Both the position numbers and the translations under genes were made by a program. A DNA stretch of 49,109 bases from an uncultured SAR324 cluster bacterium (lineage in GTDB: Bacteria; SAR324; NAC60-12), in contig CACFAY010000006.1 in NCBI GenBank assembly GCA_902564345.1, positions 1 to 49,109 of the forward strand, written 5' to 3'. Below are positions 9,110 to 18,478 of this stretch, in pieces. Position 1 is the stretch's first letter. Each line of letters opens with the position of its first letter. Under the pieces are notes generated by a model that did not search any database, was not told the origin of the DNA, and was given only the letters and a program-made list of their open reading frames with translations.

Positions 9110-10504
9110 TTAGCGACCATGTTTTTTCCAGAAGTCACCAAATATTTCTTCTTCACTGGGTTCTATTGGATTTAGAGGATGAACTACCTGTACTATATTA
9201 AGAAAATGTCGATAATTGAGATTATCACTTATGCTATTTTTACCCCATGTACCACAACCCATTGAAAGAGAAAAGGGCAACCCGTTACCAAAACTGCCGC
9301 CAGTAGCTAGACAATGTGGCTGATTTACAATTACGCGACATGCAGGAAGCTTCAGCCCCATTTCCAGAGGACGTTTTTCACTTTTTGAATGTATTCCAAC
9401 TGAGTGTCCTTTTCCTTGGAATTCGTATAATTCTATTATTTTTTGGCAAGCATTTTCAAAATTATCTGCTCTATATATGGTCAATACGGGGCTGAGTTTT
9501 TCTCCAGAAAATGGATATTCGCTTCCTGTGCCTTTTTCTTCTACCATTAGCATTTTTGCTTGCTTCATTTCCGGGCGCTGCAAGCCAACTATTTCAGCGA
9601 TCTCAGGGGCTGATTTTGCAATCAAATGTGGATTTAATTTTCCTTTAAACCATAAATTGTTTTTTAATTCTTCTGTTTCCTTAGGGTCAAGAAGAACTCC
9701 ACCCTCAATCTGCAGTGCTTTAATAGCATTTTCATAAACTTCATCCACAATCATGAGACTATTTTCAGATGAACAACTGGTTGAATTGTCAAATGTCTTT
9801 GAAGTCACGACCTTTCTAGCAGCAGAAGCCATATCAGCAGTTTCATCAATAATAACCGCTACGTTTCCTACACCAACGCCTATTGCTGGAGTACCACTTT
9901 TATAAGCAGAACTTACATTTTTTTCAGATCCTGTAACCACCACCATGTCAACACACTGCATCAGTTTACTGGTTGACTCCTTGCTTGCAGGAGATGGGAT
10001 TTTTTGTATAAGGTACTGGGGATGATCAAGCCTGATCAGGACCTTTTGCATTATTTTAACAATAATTTCACAGATAGCATCACCTTTAGGTGATGGAGCT
10101 AGTATGATTGAGTTTCTTCCTTTAATTGCGTTTATAGTATTATTTAAAGGCGTTGCAATCGGATTAGTGGAAGGAGTAATTGCTCCCACTACTCCTACTG
10201 GACGAGCAATTTCAACTAATCCCTTTTCTGGAATTTTTTTTATGACACCCACAGAAGGAGCATTTTTCAAGTCTCTGAGGAGACCTAAAGTTTTTCGGTA
10301 ATTTTTGTTGAATTTATCATCTGAATTTCCAAGTCCAGTATCATGGACAGCTTTATTTGATAAGGAATGGTTAGTTTTTGGCTCTATTAATGACCATGCT
10401 AGACCTATAATTAATTCATCAACTACTTCTTGTTTGGCACTTTCAAAATGCTTCTGAGCTTCATAAGCCTGTTTGATTATTGTTTCAATTGGGACTTTTG
10501 TCAT
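9110..10504 (-). CDS. sauS: CoA-acylating sulfoacetaldehyde dehydrogenase
   Basis: AdhE-type acylating ALDH motifs (PSTNP, SKTFDNSTSCSSENS, FSGEKLSP) and C-terminal GGSFGNGLPFSLSMGCGTWGKNSISDNLNYRHFLN as recalled for SauS; paired with CoA ligase and TauE. Confidence 0.82.
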   Translation of the reverse strand: MTKVPIETIIKQAYEAQKHFESAKQEVVDELIIGLAWSLIEPKTNHSLSNKAVHDTGLGNSDDKFNKNYRKTLGLLRDLKNAPSVGVIKKIPEKGLVEIARPVGVVGAITPSTNPIATPLNNTINAIKGRNSIILAPSPKGDAICEIIVKIMQKVLIRLDHPQYLIQKIPSPASKESTSKLMQCVDMVVVTGSEKNVSSAYKSGTPAIGVGVGNVAVIIDETADMASAARKVVTSKTFDNSTSCSSENSLMIVDEVYENAIKALQIEGGVLLDPKETEELKNNLWFKGKLNPHLIAKSAPEIAEIVGLQRPEMKQAKMLMVEEKGTGSEYPFSGEKLSPVLTIYRADNFENACQKIIELYEFQGKGHSVGIHSKSEKRPLEMGLKLPACRVIVNQPHCLATGGSFGNGLPFSLSMGCGTWGKNSISDNLNYRHFLNIVQVVHPLNPIEPSEEEIFGDFWKKHGR

Positions 10505-10728
10505 AAAACAAATTACTATGTAATTTGGAAGTTTATTTTAAAATTAATTCTATTATTTAAAACAAATTTCTTAGAAAGAATTGGTGTAAACAAATATTTT
10601 GAGTTATTCAAACTATTTTTAATTTAAATATAATACTCTGATGTGAATCAAATTGTATTATTGAAATTATTTTACATAAAGGTATCACTAAGAGCATAGT
10701 AAAAGTAAAATATATTATTCAAATAATT

Positions 10729-11508
10729 TTAGAATATTTTATTCGCAAATTTTTGTGATGAATTAACTAGTATAAAATTCCCCAATAAAATAAGGCAAAA
10801 GAAAAATATTTTTTTGAATAAATCTTCAGGAATTATTTTTCTTATTAGCTGACCTATTAGTACACCTGTAATTGCTGGTAAAATTGCAAATGATGACCAT
10901 AAAAACAGTTCAAGCGTTAGAATATTTTTTGTTTTAAGTGAGAAAATCATCATCATTGTTAAAGCTGAGAATAAAATTCCCATTGACTGTACTAACCATT
11001 CTTTGCGTAGTTTAATTGCCTGAAAATAAAAAACACATGGTAAAACAAAAATACCAGTCATTCCTGTAACTAACCCGTTAATTAACCCAATAATTGGTGC
11101 TATCCACAACTCATTTTTTGTTTTAACCTCTATACTGAGACCGAAAAGGCTCAATGTGGAATAAAAAATAAGGAGAATGCCTAGAAATGAAGAAAGATAT
11201 GGTAGTGAAACAGTTTTTAATGCCATCGAACCAAACCATACCATTATACTGGCTGTAAATACCAATAGCCAATGACGTCTCAGCATTTTAAATAGATCTC
11301 CTCCTGCTAAAGCCTGCCAAAAATTTGTTACAAGGGATGGAATAAGTAACAGCGTAATAGCGTTAGGTAAGTTCGTTATAATTGTTAAAAACGCAATACC
11401 AACTGTCTGAAAACCAACTCCGATTGTTCCTTTAAGCATACCAGCAATGAATATGGAGCAAAAAATTGCTAAAGCAGTTGTTTCGTTAAACATTTTAATT
11501 ACTCTCAA
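10729..11508 (-). CDS. Sulfite/sulfonate exporter TauE/SafE family
   Basis: About 8 TM segments, AGMLKGTIGVG and GLINGLVTGMTG repeats, PSLVTN.WQ; start could be ATG at 11493. Confidence 0.82.
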   Translation of the reverse strand: MRVIKMFNETTALAIFCSIFIAGMLKGTIGVGFQTVGIAFLTIITNLPNAITLLLIPSLVTNFWQALAGGDLFKMLRRHWLLVFTASIMVWFGSMALKTVSLPYLSSFLGILLIFYSTLSLFGLSIEVKTKNELWIAPIIGLINGLVTGMTGIFVLPCVFYFQAIKLRKEWLVQSMGILFSALTMMMIFSLKTKNILTLELFLWSSFAILPAITGVLIGQLIRKIIPEDLFKKIFFFCLILLGNFILVNSSQKFANKIF

Positions 11509-11563
11509 AAATTTGAATGTGTTAACAATATATTTAATATGAAAAAATAATGAGACAATTTTC

Positions 11564-11591
11564 TTGACATATTATAGTATTTAGTTAGATT
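11564..11591 (+). promoter_or_regulatory. Putative sigma70 promoter for tctCBA
   Basis: TTGACA (11564-11569) - 16 nt - TAGATT (11586-11591), about 63 nt before the tctC ATG, which has RBS AGAGGT. Confidence 0.45.
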
Positions 11592-11654
11592 ACCTGATCA
11601 TTCTTCACAATTCAGTGATTAATGAATATTTTAGTAAATTAAAAGAGAGGTAGG

Positions 11655-12686
11655 ATGAAAATAAATTATCTTAAGAAATTAATTGCATTTGGATTTGTGG
11701 GTGTGCTGAGTTTTTTCCTGGCTAGTTCAGCAGGCGCATTCGAGTGCAAGATTAAGAAAAGCAGTATGGCTAAGCCTTCAGGATATCCTAGTCGAGCATT
11801 AACCATGATTGTTCCATATGGGCCTGCCGGAGGATCAGGGCAGATAGCCGCGGCAATGGCTGAGGCTGTAACAGATCTTACAGGTGTAAGTATTAATCGT
11901 GATCACAAACCTGGCGGCTCAGGAACAGTAGGCATGACTGCATATATGTCTGCCCCCTCAGATGGTTATACAGTGCTTGAACATATAGATGATGCTTCTT
12001 CTGCTCATGCTCTTGATTCTAGTAGACCTAATCCTGCTGTTGACTTAATACCTTTGGTTATATCACAAGTCACATTTTCTCAGATATATATACGTACAAA
12101 TGAGACTCGTTACAATAATTGGTTCACATTCGTTAAGTGGGTCAAAGCTCAAAATGGGAAGTCAACTATTGCTAACGTGTCCAAAGAAGGATCGATGGAG
12201 CGTGTAACAATGAAATTTATCACTGAAGCAACTGGCATGAAAATACAACAGATTTCCTTCGACAAGGGTGCTCCGCGATATGGTGCACTGCTAGGGGGAC
12301 AAGTTGATGCACTATTTGAGCAACCAGGTGATGTCAGGAAGTTTCTTGATTCAGATAAATTCAAACCAATCCTTACAGTATTTAATGAAAGGCCATCTGT
12401 TTTTGCAGATGTTCCAACTCACAAGGAAATGGGTATGAATTTTGAGCCACTTCTGCGATTCAGAGGATTTTATGTACATGCAAATGCTCCGTCTGATAGA
12501 GTTAAATGGCTACAATGGGCATTTCAGCGTGCATATTGCCAAGATAGCTATCAGAAATTCAACGAGTCTAAATTCATGACTGTAATTGATAGTTATCGTG
12601 ATACTCAGGGTGCAAGGGATTTGATTAAATCCTCAATTATTCAGTATAGAAATGTCTATAAAGACATGGGTCTGAATGTTAAATAA
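11655..12686 (+). CDS. tctC: Tripartite tricarboxylate transporter substrate-binding protein (TctC/Bug)
   Basis: Signal peptide; YPSRALTMIVPYGPAGGS; KPGGSGTVG; APSDGYT; ALLGGQVDA; DVPTHKEMG. Confidence 0.88.
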   Translation: MKINYLKKLIAFGFVGVLSFFLASSAGAFECKIKKSSMAKPSGYPSRALTMIVPYGPAGGSGQIAAAMAEAVTDLTGVSINRDHKPGGSGTVGMTAYMSAPSDGYTVLEHIDDASSAHALDSSRPNPAVDLIPLVISQVTFSQIYIRTNETRYNNWFTFVKWVKAQNGKSTIANVSKEGSMERVTMKFITEATGMKIQQISFDKGAPRYGALLGGQVDALFEQPGDVRKFLDSDKFKPILTVFNERPSVFADVPTHKEMGMNFEPLLRFRGFYVHANAPSDRVKWLQWAFQRAYCQDSYQKFNESKFMTVIDSYRDTQGARDLIKSSIIQYRNVYKDMGLNVK

Positions 12687-12730
12687 TGGTTAAACTTTTT
12701 TTTAATTTTTTAAAGCACCATTTCTAAATA

Positions 12731-12755
12731 GTGTCCGGTACTTCCTGCCGGACAC
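12731..12755 (+). terminator. GC-rich stem-loop between tctC and tctB (partial terminator or mRNA stabiliser)
   Basis: GTGTCCGGTA-CTTCC-TGCCGGACAC, 10-bp stem with one G-U pair, followed only by a weak ATTTC tail. Confidence 0.55.
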
Positions 12756-12779
12756 ATTTCAAAAATATTTATCAAGTAT

Positions 12780-13349
12780 TTGACCATGAATAAGTTAAAG
12801 GTTTCTCATATTTTTGAAACCAGCGTATGGATAGTCATCATTTTTGTCTTTTTTGCGTTTTCATTCGAGTTTGATCAGGAGATTGAAATTTATATTTTTG
12901 GTGCTACAGGTTGGCCAAGGACAATTTTGGGGATCCTTTTGCTTGTAGTGCTTGGTAATTTTTTCCAGCTATACAAAAAAGGTTCTCAAGAGCACCATGG
13001 ACGTATAGGCATATCAGAAGATGATGAGAGCATTTCATATGAAAGCTTCAAATCCGTACAGAAACTTATAGCAATTTTACTGCTCCCATTTCTTTACTCA
13101 TTGTCTCTTAAGCCAGTAGGATTCTATTCGGCAACTCCATTTTTCATTGCATTTTTAATTATGCTTTTAGGTGAAAAGAGAACTAAGTGGATTTTAGCAA
13201 ATACATTGTTAATATATTTCCTTATTATTTTACTTTTCATGGTTTTACTTAACGCTCCTCTACCTCAGGGTAATGTTTCACCATTCTACGATTTTAGTGC
13301 TTTCATGCTTACAATTAATACCAATCTTCATCAATACTTTAATTTCTAA
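12780..13349 (+). CDS. tctB: Tripartite tricarboxylate transporter small permease TctB
   Basis: Small 4-5 TM protein with GATGWP, VGFYSAT and LNAPLPQG, between tctC and tctA. Confidence 0.82.
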   Translation: MTMNKLKVSHIFETSVWIVIIFVFFAFSFEFDQEIEIYIFGATGWPRTILGILLLVVLGNFFQLYKKGSQEHHGRIGISEDDESISYESFKSVQKLIAILLLPFLYSLSLKPVGFYSATPFFIAFLIMLLGEKRTKWILANTLLIYFLIILLFMVLLNAPLPQGNVSPFYDFSAFMLTINTNLHQYFNF

Positions 13350-13358
13350 TCTAAGATT

Positions 13359-14843
13359 ATGATTGATAACTTTTTAGCGGGAACTGTTGCACTGTTTGGA
13401 GATCCTTTTTCTATTTTAATCTTTGTCTTCGGCGTCATTGGAGGGATGTTATTTGGTGCGATTCCTGGTGTCAGCATGCTGACTCTTGCAGCAATATTAC
13501 TCCCTTTTACAGCAAATTTTGACCCTGCACAGGGTGTTATGCTTTTTGCTGTTATTTACTGTACCGGGACTTATGGAGGAGCAATTACAGCAATTCTGTT
13601 TAATATCCCGGGTGCTCCTGAAAATGCTCCTACGGCGTTTGATGGATACCCCATGACAAAAAATGGTCAATCAGGAAAAGCAGTAGGAGCTGCAGTATTA
13701 TGTTCTGCTATTGGTGGAGTAACTTCTGCCGTAATTATGATGATGGCAACTGAACCTTTGGCAAACTGGGCAATCTCCAATATTGGTCCACCTGAGATTT
13801 TTGCATTGGTGTTTTTTGGACTAGCAGTCGCATCTTCAGTTGGAGGAAGAACCATTTGGAAGGGCTGGATTTCAGTATTATGCGGTTTAATGATAGCTAC
13901 AATCGGTCAGGACCCAGTTGGAGGAATCAATCGTTATAATTTTGGTTTTGCTGATCTTGCTGCAGGGATTGCATTTGTTCCAGCCATCCTTGGATTTTTT
14001 GCAGTTTCAGAGATATTTGTACAGGCAGAGAAAAAAGCAATTGGAAAATATGTGGCTCCAGAACTTAGTTTTGATTTTCCTACAATTATAGAATTGTGGA
14101 TTAATAAAATTGCTGTAGTAAGATCAATTGTTGTTGGGTTTTTTTGCGGCATTTTACCTGGGATAGGGGCTACTCTTGCTGCATTTATGGGTTATGGAGA
14201 AGCGGTTAGGTGGTCCAAGAATAAGAAAGAATTTGGAAAAGGTAAACTGGAGGGTGTAATATCTTCAGAGACTGCAAATAATGCCGCTACTGGTGCAGCA
14301 ATGATCCCTTTACTTGCACTTGGGCTTCCTGGAGGCGCTATGACGGCATTAATGGTTGGAGTATTTCAGATGCATGATTTGGAACCAGGTCCAATGGTGT
14401 TCTATAATTCCCCTGAACTAATTTGGATTGTATTTTCAGCAATGTTTTATGCAAATCTATCTATTCTGTTCATAGGTTTAATTGAGACAAAGACTATACT
14501 TTATCTGCTTAAAATACCATTTCAGTTTTTGGCACCTATGATTTTGCTGCTTTCAAGTATTGGCTCTTACATAGGAAGGGGTTTGGTACTCGATGTGATG
14601 ATTATGTTTGGTGCAGGCATAATTGGGTTTTTGCTTAGAAGATCTGGCTACTCGATACCTGGTATTGTGCTGGGAATTATATTGGGTAAAATTGGAGAAC
14701 AGAACTTTGCTCAGGGAATGCAAATGGTGCATTATGACATTTTTGAGTACTTGTCTAGGCCAATATGTCTACTTTTAATTGTTGCTGGCTTGCTAACATT
14801 ATTAGCAGGAGTATACAGGGCGGTGTCTTTTTCTATGAAATAA
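13359..14843 (+). CDS. tctA: Tripartite tricarboxylate transporter large permease TctA
   Basis: GAIPG, YGGAITAILFNIPG....PTAFDGYPM, GILPGIGAT, SETANNAATGAAMIPLLALGLPG. Confidence 0.93.
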   Translation: MIDNFLAGTVALFGDPFSILIFVFGVIGGMLFGAIPGVSMLTLAAILLPFTANFDPAQGVMLFAVIYCTGTYGGAITAILFNIPGAPENAPTAFDGYPMTKNGQSGKAVGAAVLCSAIGGVTSAVIMMMATEPLANWAISNIGPPEIFALVFFGLAVASSVGGRTIWKGWISVLCGLMIATIGQDPVGGINRYNFGFADLAAGIAFVPAILGFFAVSEIFVQAEKKAIGKYVAPELSFDFPTIIELWINKIAVVRSIVVGFFCGILPGIGATLAAFMGYGEAVRWSKNKKEFGKGKLEGVISSETANNAATGAAMIPLLALGLPGGAMTALMVGVFQMHDLEPGPMVFYNSPELIWIVFSAMFYANLSILFIGLIETKTILYLLKIPFQFLAPMILLLSSIGSYIGRGLVLDVMIMFGAGIIGFLLRRSGYSIPGIVLGIILGKIGEQNFAQGMQMVHYDIFEYLSRPICLLLIVAGLLTLLAGVYRAVSFSMK

Positions 14844-15110
14844 TTAATTTGCATAAGCAAAAGAATAATTAATGTCTTTCAAACCTTTTAAAATGAATGC
14901 ATTAGATAATTTTTCTCGTAAATTAAATTTATCAAATACCTTAAAGACTCTAATTCAATAAAAATTATTTTAAGAAAATTGTGATGAGCTAAATCAATGA
15001 AGACTAATACTTCATAGATTAAAATTCCTTGAATTGATGTTAGGAAGAAAAGCCATTATATGCTTACCACTTATCCCACCTTAATTCTGTTTTTACAGTA
15101 AATAAATATA

Positions 15111-16358
15111 ATGAAAAAAGTTCAATCTGACACAGAATTATTAAATATATCTCCAGTAAAAATGATTTTCTGGACATGTTTTTCTGTGGTGCTTTTGATG
15201 CAGGGAATTTTTACATTTTCATCAATGCTTCCTTTTTTCTTCAATGAATGGCAACTCGATAGTGTTGACGCTGGTTGGATAAGTGGAATTTATTACGGGG
15301 CCTACATGTTTTTTGTATTGATTCTTGTAAGTATTACAGACTGGATAGATGCAAAAAAAATATTTATTGGTGGTGCTTTAATTACATGCCTGAGTTGTTT
15401 TGGATTTGCTTTCTTCGCAGAAGGATACTGGACAGCCATGCTTTTCAGGACTATGGGTGGTATTGGTCTAGCTGGAACATATATGCCAGGTCTCAAGGCT
15501 CTGACAGACCGCTTAACTGGTAAATCCAGAGTAAGGGCAACATCCTTTTATACATCCTCATTTGGTGTGGGGAGTGCGTTTTCATTCTTAATAGGGGGTT
15601 ATATTCAGGACTGGTTTGCCTGGGAAGTTGCATTCTGGTTTGCAGGAATATGTGCATTGCTTGCAATTTTGATTATTTGTTTCACTCTAGATAATCTGCC
15701 TAATAAGTTTGGGTTATATTCAGGACTACGATCTCTAGATCTCAGACCTGTTTTGCGAAATCGGAGAGCAATGGGTTGGATTGCATGCTATTCAACTCAT
15801 AATTATGAACTTTTCGCATTCCGTTCATGGATTGTTGCTTACCTGGCTTTTGCTCTTACTGGTTTAGACAGTGGGAAAATTCAGCCATCACTAATTGTAT
15901 TTGTAGGAGTGTTACTAAGTATGCCTGCTAGTGTTTTAGGTAATGAGTTGTCAATGCGTTTTGGTAGAACACTCATTGTGAACAGCATTATGGGGCTTTC
16001 TTCAGTATTTGCCTTTTTAGTAGGATATAGTGCTGGTTTAGCAGTACCATATTTGATTTTAATTGTGTTGGTTTATGGTTGTTTTGTAACTGGAGAATCA
16101 GCATCAATTACAACAGGTGCAATAGAAAGTGCAACAGAAGATAGTCGTGGAGTTACTTTAGCGGTTCATTCTAGTATCGGTTTCATCGGATCATTTATGG
16201 GACCTGTTGGATTTGGAATAGTTCTAAATACTTTTGGTGGGCATAATAGTGAAAAAGCTTGGTTTTGGGCTTTTGCTTCAACAGGTATGATTCTTCTGAT
16301 AGGACCTTTAATTAATTTTTATCTCAGTAACTATAAATTTGACGTTTCTAATGATTAG
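15111..16358 (+). CDS. MFS transporter
   Basis: 415 aa with about 12 TM; TDWIDAKK loop, FRTMGGIGLAGTYMPGLK, SMRFGR. Confidence 0.88.
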   Translation: MKKVQSDTELLNISPVKMIFWTCFSVVLLMQGIFTFSSMLPFFFNEWQLDSVDAGWISGIYYGAYMFFVLILVSITDWIDAKKIFIGGALITCLSCFGFAFFAEGYWTAMLFRTMGGIGLAGTYMPGLKALTDRLTGKSRVRATSFYTSSFGVGSAFSFLIGGYIQDWFAWEVAFWFAGICALLAILIICFTLDNLPNKFGLYSGLRSLDLRPVLRNRRAMGWIACYSTHNYELFAFRSWIVAYLAFALTGLDSGKIQPSLIVFVGVLLSMPASVLGNELSMRFGRTLIVNSIMGLSSVFAFLVGYSAGLAVPYLILIVLVYGCFVTGESASITTGAIESATEDSRGVTLAVHSSIGFIGSFMGPVGFGIVLNTFGGHNSEKAWFWAFASTGMILLIGPLINFYLSNYKFDVSND

Positions 16359-16484
16359 AATTCCTGAATTTAATAAAAAACTATTTAAAGTAAGAATGGA
16401 CACATTATTTGCCTTTATTGATCGAAAAAAACATTTTAGAATTAAGATGCGTTTGGTAGTTTTAAAAACTAAGTTAGATTAAAG

Positions 16485-17360
16485 ATGTCCATTTTAATTG
16501 ATAAAAATACAAAACTATTGATTCAGGGAATTACTGGTTCTCAGGGAATGCTCCATACCAAAGGCTGCATTGATTACGGTACAAACGTTGTGGCGGGTGT
16601 AACTCCTGGAAAAGGTGGACAGAATTTTGAAGGAGTTCCAATTTTCAACTCCGTAATTGAAGCGATTAGAGCAACTGCCGCAAATGCCTCAATGATTTTG
16701 GTCCCACCTGCATTTGCTGCCGATGCAATAATTGAGGCAGCAGCTGCTGAAGTGCCTTTAATTGTGGCGATTACCGAAGGGGTACCAGTAATTGATATGG
16801 TACAGGCCGTTTACTTTGTACGTAAAAAGGGATGTCGGTTGATTGGCCCAAATTGTCCAGGAATAATAACTCCAAGTCAAAGTAAAATTGGTATTATGCC
16901 TGGTGCAATTCACAAAAAAGGGAGAATTGGAATTGTCTCAAGATCGGGAACTCTTACTTATGAGGCTGTAGGCCAAATTACTCGTATTGGTTTGGGCCAA
17001 TCAACCTGTGTTGGGATTGGGGGGGACCCAGTTAATGGAACAAATTTTATTGACTGTCTGAGTTTGTTTGAACAGGACGAGCAGACCGAAGCAATAGTTA
17101 TGATTGGTGAGATAGGGGGAGATGCAGAAGAACAGGCAGCAGAATACGCGAGAAATAATGTAACTAAACCCATAGTCAGTTTCATTGCAGGACAAACTGC
17201 TCCTCCCGGAAGAAGGATGGGGCATGCTGGAGCTATTATTTCAGGAGGACATGGAACTGCAGAAGAAAAAATGAATGCCTTAAGAGAAGCTGGAATCCAT
17301 GTGATTAAATCCCTTGATGAAATTGGAATTAAGATGCTTCAAGCTTTAGGAAAATCCTAA
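16485..17360 (+). CDS. sucD: Succinyl-CoA synthetase alpha subunit
   Basis: [48 protein letters not shown], phospho-His motif RMGHAGAI. Confidence 0.95.
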   Translation: MSILIDKNTKLLIQGITGSQGMLHTKGCIDYGTNVVAGVTPGKGGQNFEGVPIFNSVIEAIRATAANASMILVPPAFAADAIIEAAAAEVPLIVAITEGVPVIDMVQAVYFVRKKGCRLIGPNCPGIITPSQSKIGIMPGAIHKKGRIGIVSRSGTLTYEAVGQITRIGLGQSTCVGIGGDPVNGTNFIDCLSLFEQDEQTEAIVMIGEIGGDAEEQAAEYARNNVTKPIVSFIAGQTAPPGRRMGHAGAIISGGHGTAEEKMNALREAGIHVIKSLDEIGIKMLQALGKS

Positions 17361-17460
17361 TTTTTTGCACATAGTTAGTTTTGCGACAAATTTATGCATT
17401 GAAAACGAAATTTGTTTGAATTGTAGTTGAATTTGTTGAAGTCTATCTTAAATGAAGATT

Positions 17461-17991
17461 TTAATGTACTGAACTTCTCGATATCGAAGGAAACTGAACT
17501 GAATTGGAAATAGTTGAAGTTGTATTCGCAGAAATAATGGCATGCTGTATACGGGGATCAGACTGAAGTGTAGAGATTATTTTCTCAATGTTTTTATATT
17601 CGAAATATTTACAGAATATAGATAAATAAAGTTGATTAATACCTCTTTCTGTTTTTGATCCATTCTTAGTTTCTGCCTCTACAATGCGCTTTGCTATATC
17701 ATTCACTAACCAGGGCATTTCTTCAAATTTGTTGCGTAACAAACTAAATATTTCTGCAAAAACCTCAATTAGGCAAACAGAAAATTCTTCACTAAGGGCG
17801 TCCTTTTCAATTTTGTAATAGTTGCTTACACGTTCTTTTATATGTTCCAGCATTCTTCCCTGGAGCATGTTTATAAGCAACTGCATTACCTGTTTTGTAT
17901 CGCATGCACATCCATCCGCTTTATCGTCAGAAAGTGAATGCAGACATTCTTCAATAACCCGTGTGTACGGGCTGACATTAGACATTTTCAC
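17461..17991 (-). CDS. Hypothetical, predominantly alpha-helical protein
   Basis: 176-aa ORF filling the gap between sucD and the next operon, no competing ORF, no motif recognised. Confidence 0.6.
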   Translation of the reverse strand: MKMSNVSPYTRVIEECLHSLSDDKADGCACDTKQVMQLLINMLQGRMLEHIKERVSNYYKIEKDALSEEFSVCLIEVFAEIFSLLRNKFEEMPWLVNDIAKRIVEAETKNGSKTERGINQLYLSIFCKYFEYKNIEKIISTLQSDPRIQHAIISANTTSTISNSVQFPSISRSSVH

Positions 17992-18007
17992 CTGAATAAC
18001 AACAGAA

Positions 18008-18030
18008 AATCTTTATAAAGATTATCTTTA
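18008..18030. promoter_or_regulatory. Overlapping palindromes, possible operator
   Basis: AATCTTTATAAAGATT (perfect 16-bp palindrome, 18008-18023) overlapping TAAAGAT-T-ATCTTTA (18016-18030), 17-39 nt upstream of the 17461..17991 start. Confidence 0.35.
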
Positions 18031-18253
18031 AGCGGCTTGTCCGTATTTATGTTTAACAATTTAAAAAAAAAATTGTGATTAATGATTAGACAACCCGTTG
18101 AGAATATGAAGCTTAAACAAATAATGCAAGCCCATTAGGAAAAAAAGTTCTTTCTTTTTTTGTTTTTTCAAATTGTGCAATCAGCACACCATACTATTTT
18201 AAGTTTTTACGTTTTTTATAACAAATATTCCAATGTATGATGATCCTGAACTT

Positions 18254-18478
18254 TCAGTTGCATTTGATAAACATTTCTGGAATCTCTTCCGAAATCGAAA
18301 CTAACATCACACGATATCCTCGATGACAAACAAGATCAGATTTACGGTAGCAATAAAAAATGTGAGGTGGGCATGAAACTAAATATCCATCTTCAGTTCG
18401 TTGGTTGTTTTCTAATGGGAGAGAACCTGTACATCCTGCAAAAGTAAAAGTTAAAAGAATATTTATAATTCGTTTCAT
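18254..18478 (-). CDS. Small putative lipoprotein, Cys-rich
   Basis: MKR + hydrophobic stretch + FAGC lipobox; four further Cys; ATG overlaps the upstream TAA (TAATG). Confidence 0.6.
   Translation of the reverse strand: MKRIINILLTFTFAGCTGSLPLENNQRTEDGYLVSCPPHIFYCYRKSDLVCHRGYRVMLVSISEEIPEMFIKCN

Noticed and set aside
10430-10627. 65-aa plus-strand ORF over the sauS start
   Set aside because: Low-complexity F/L/K/I sequence typical of AT-rich non-coding DNA, and it overlaps sauS antisense
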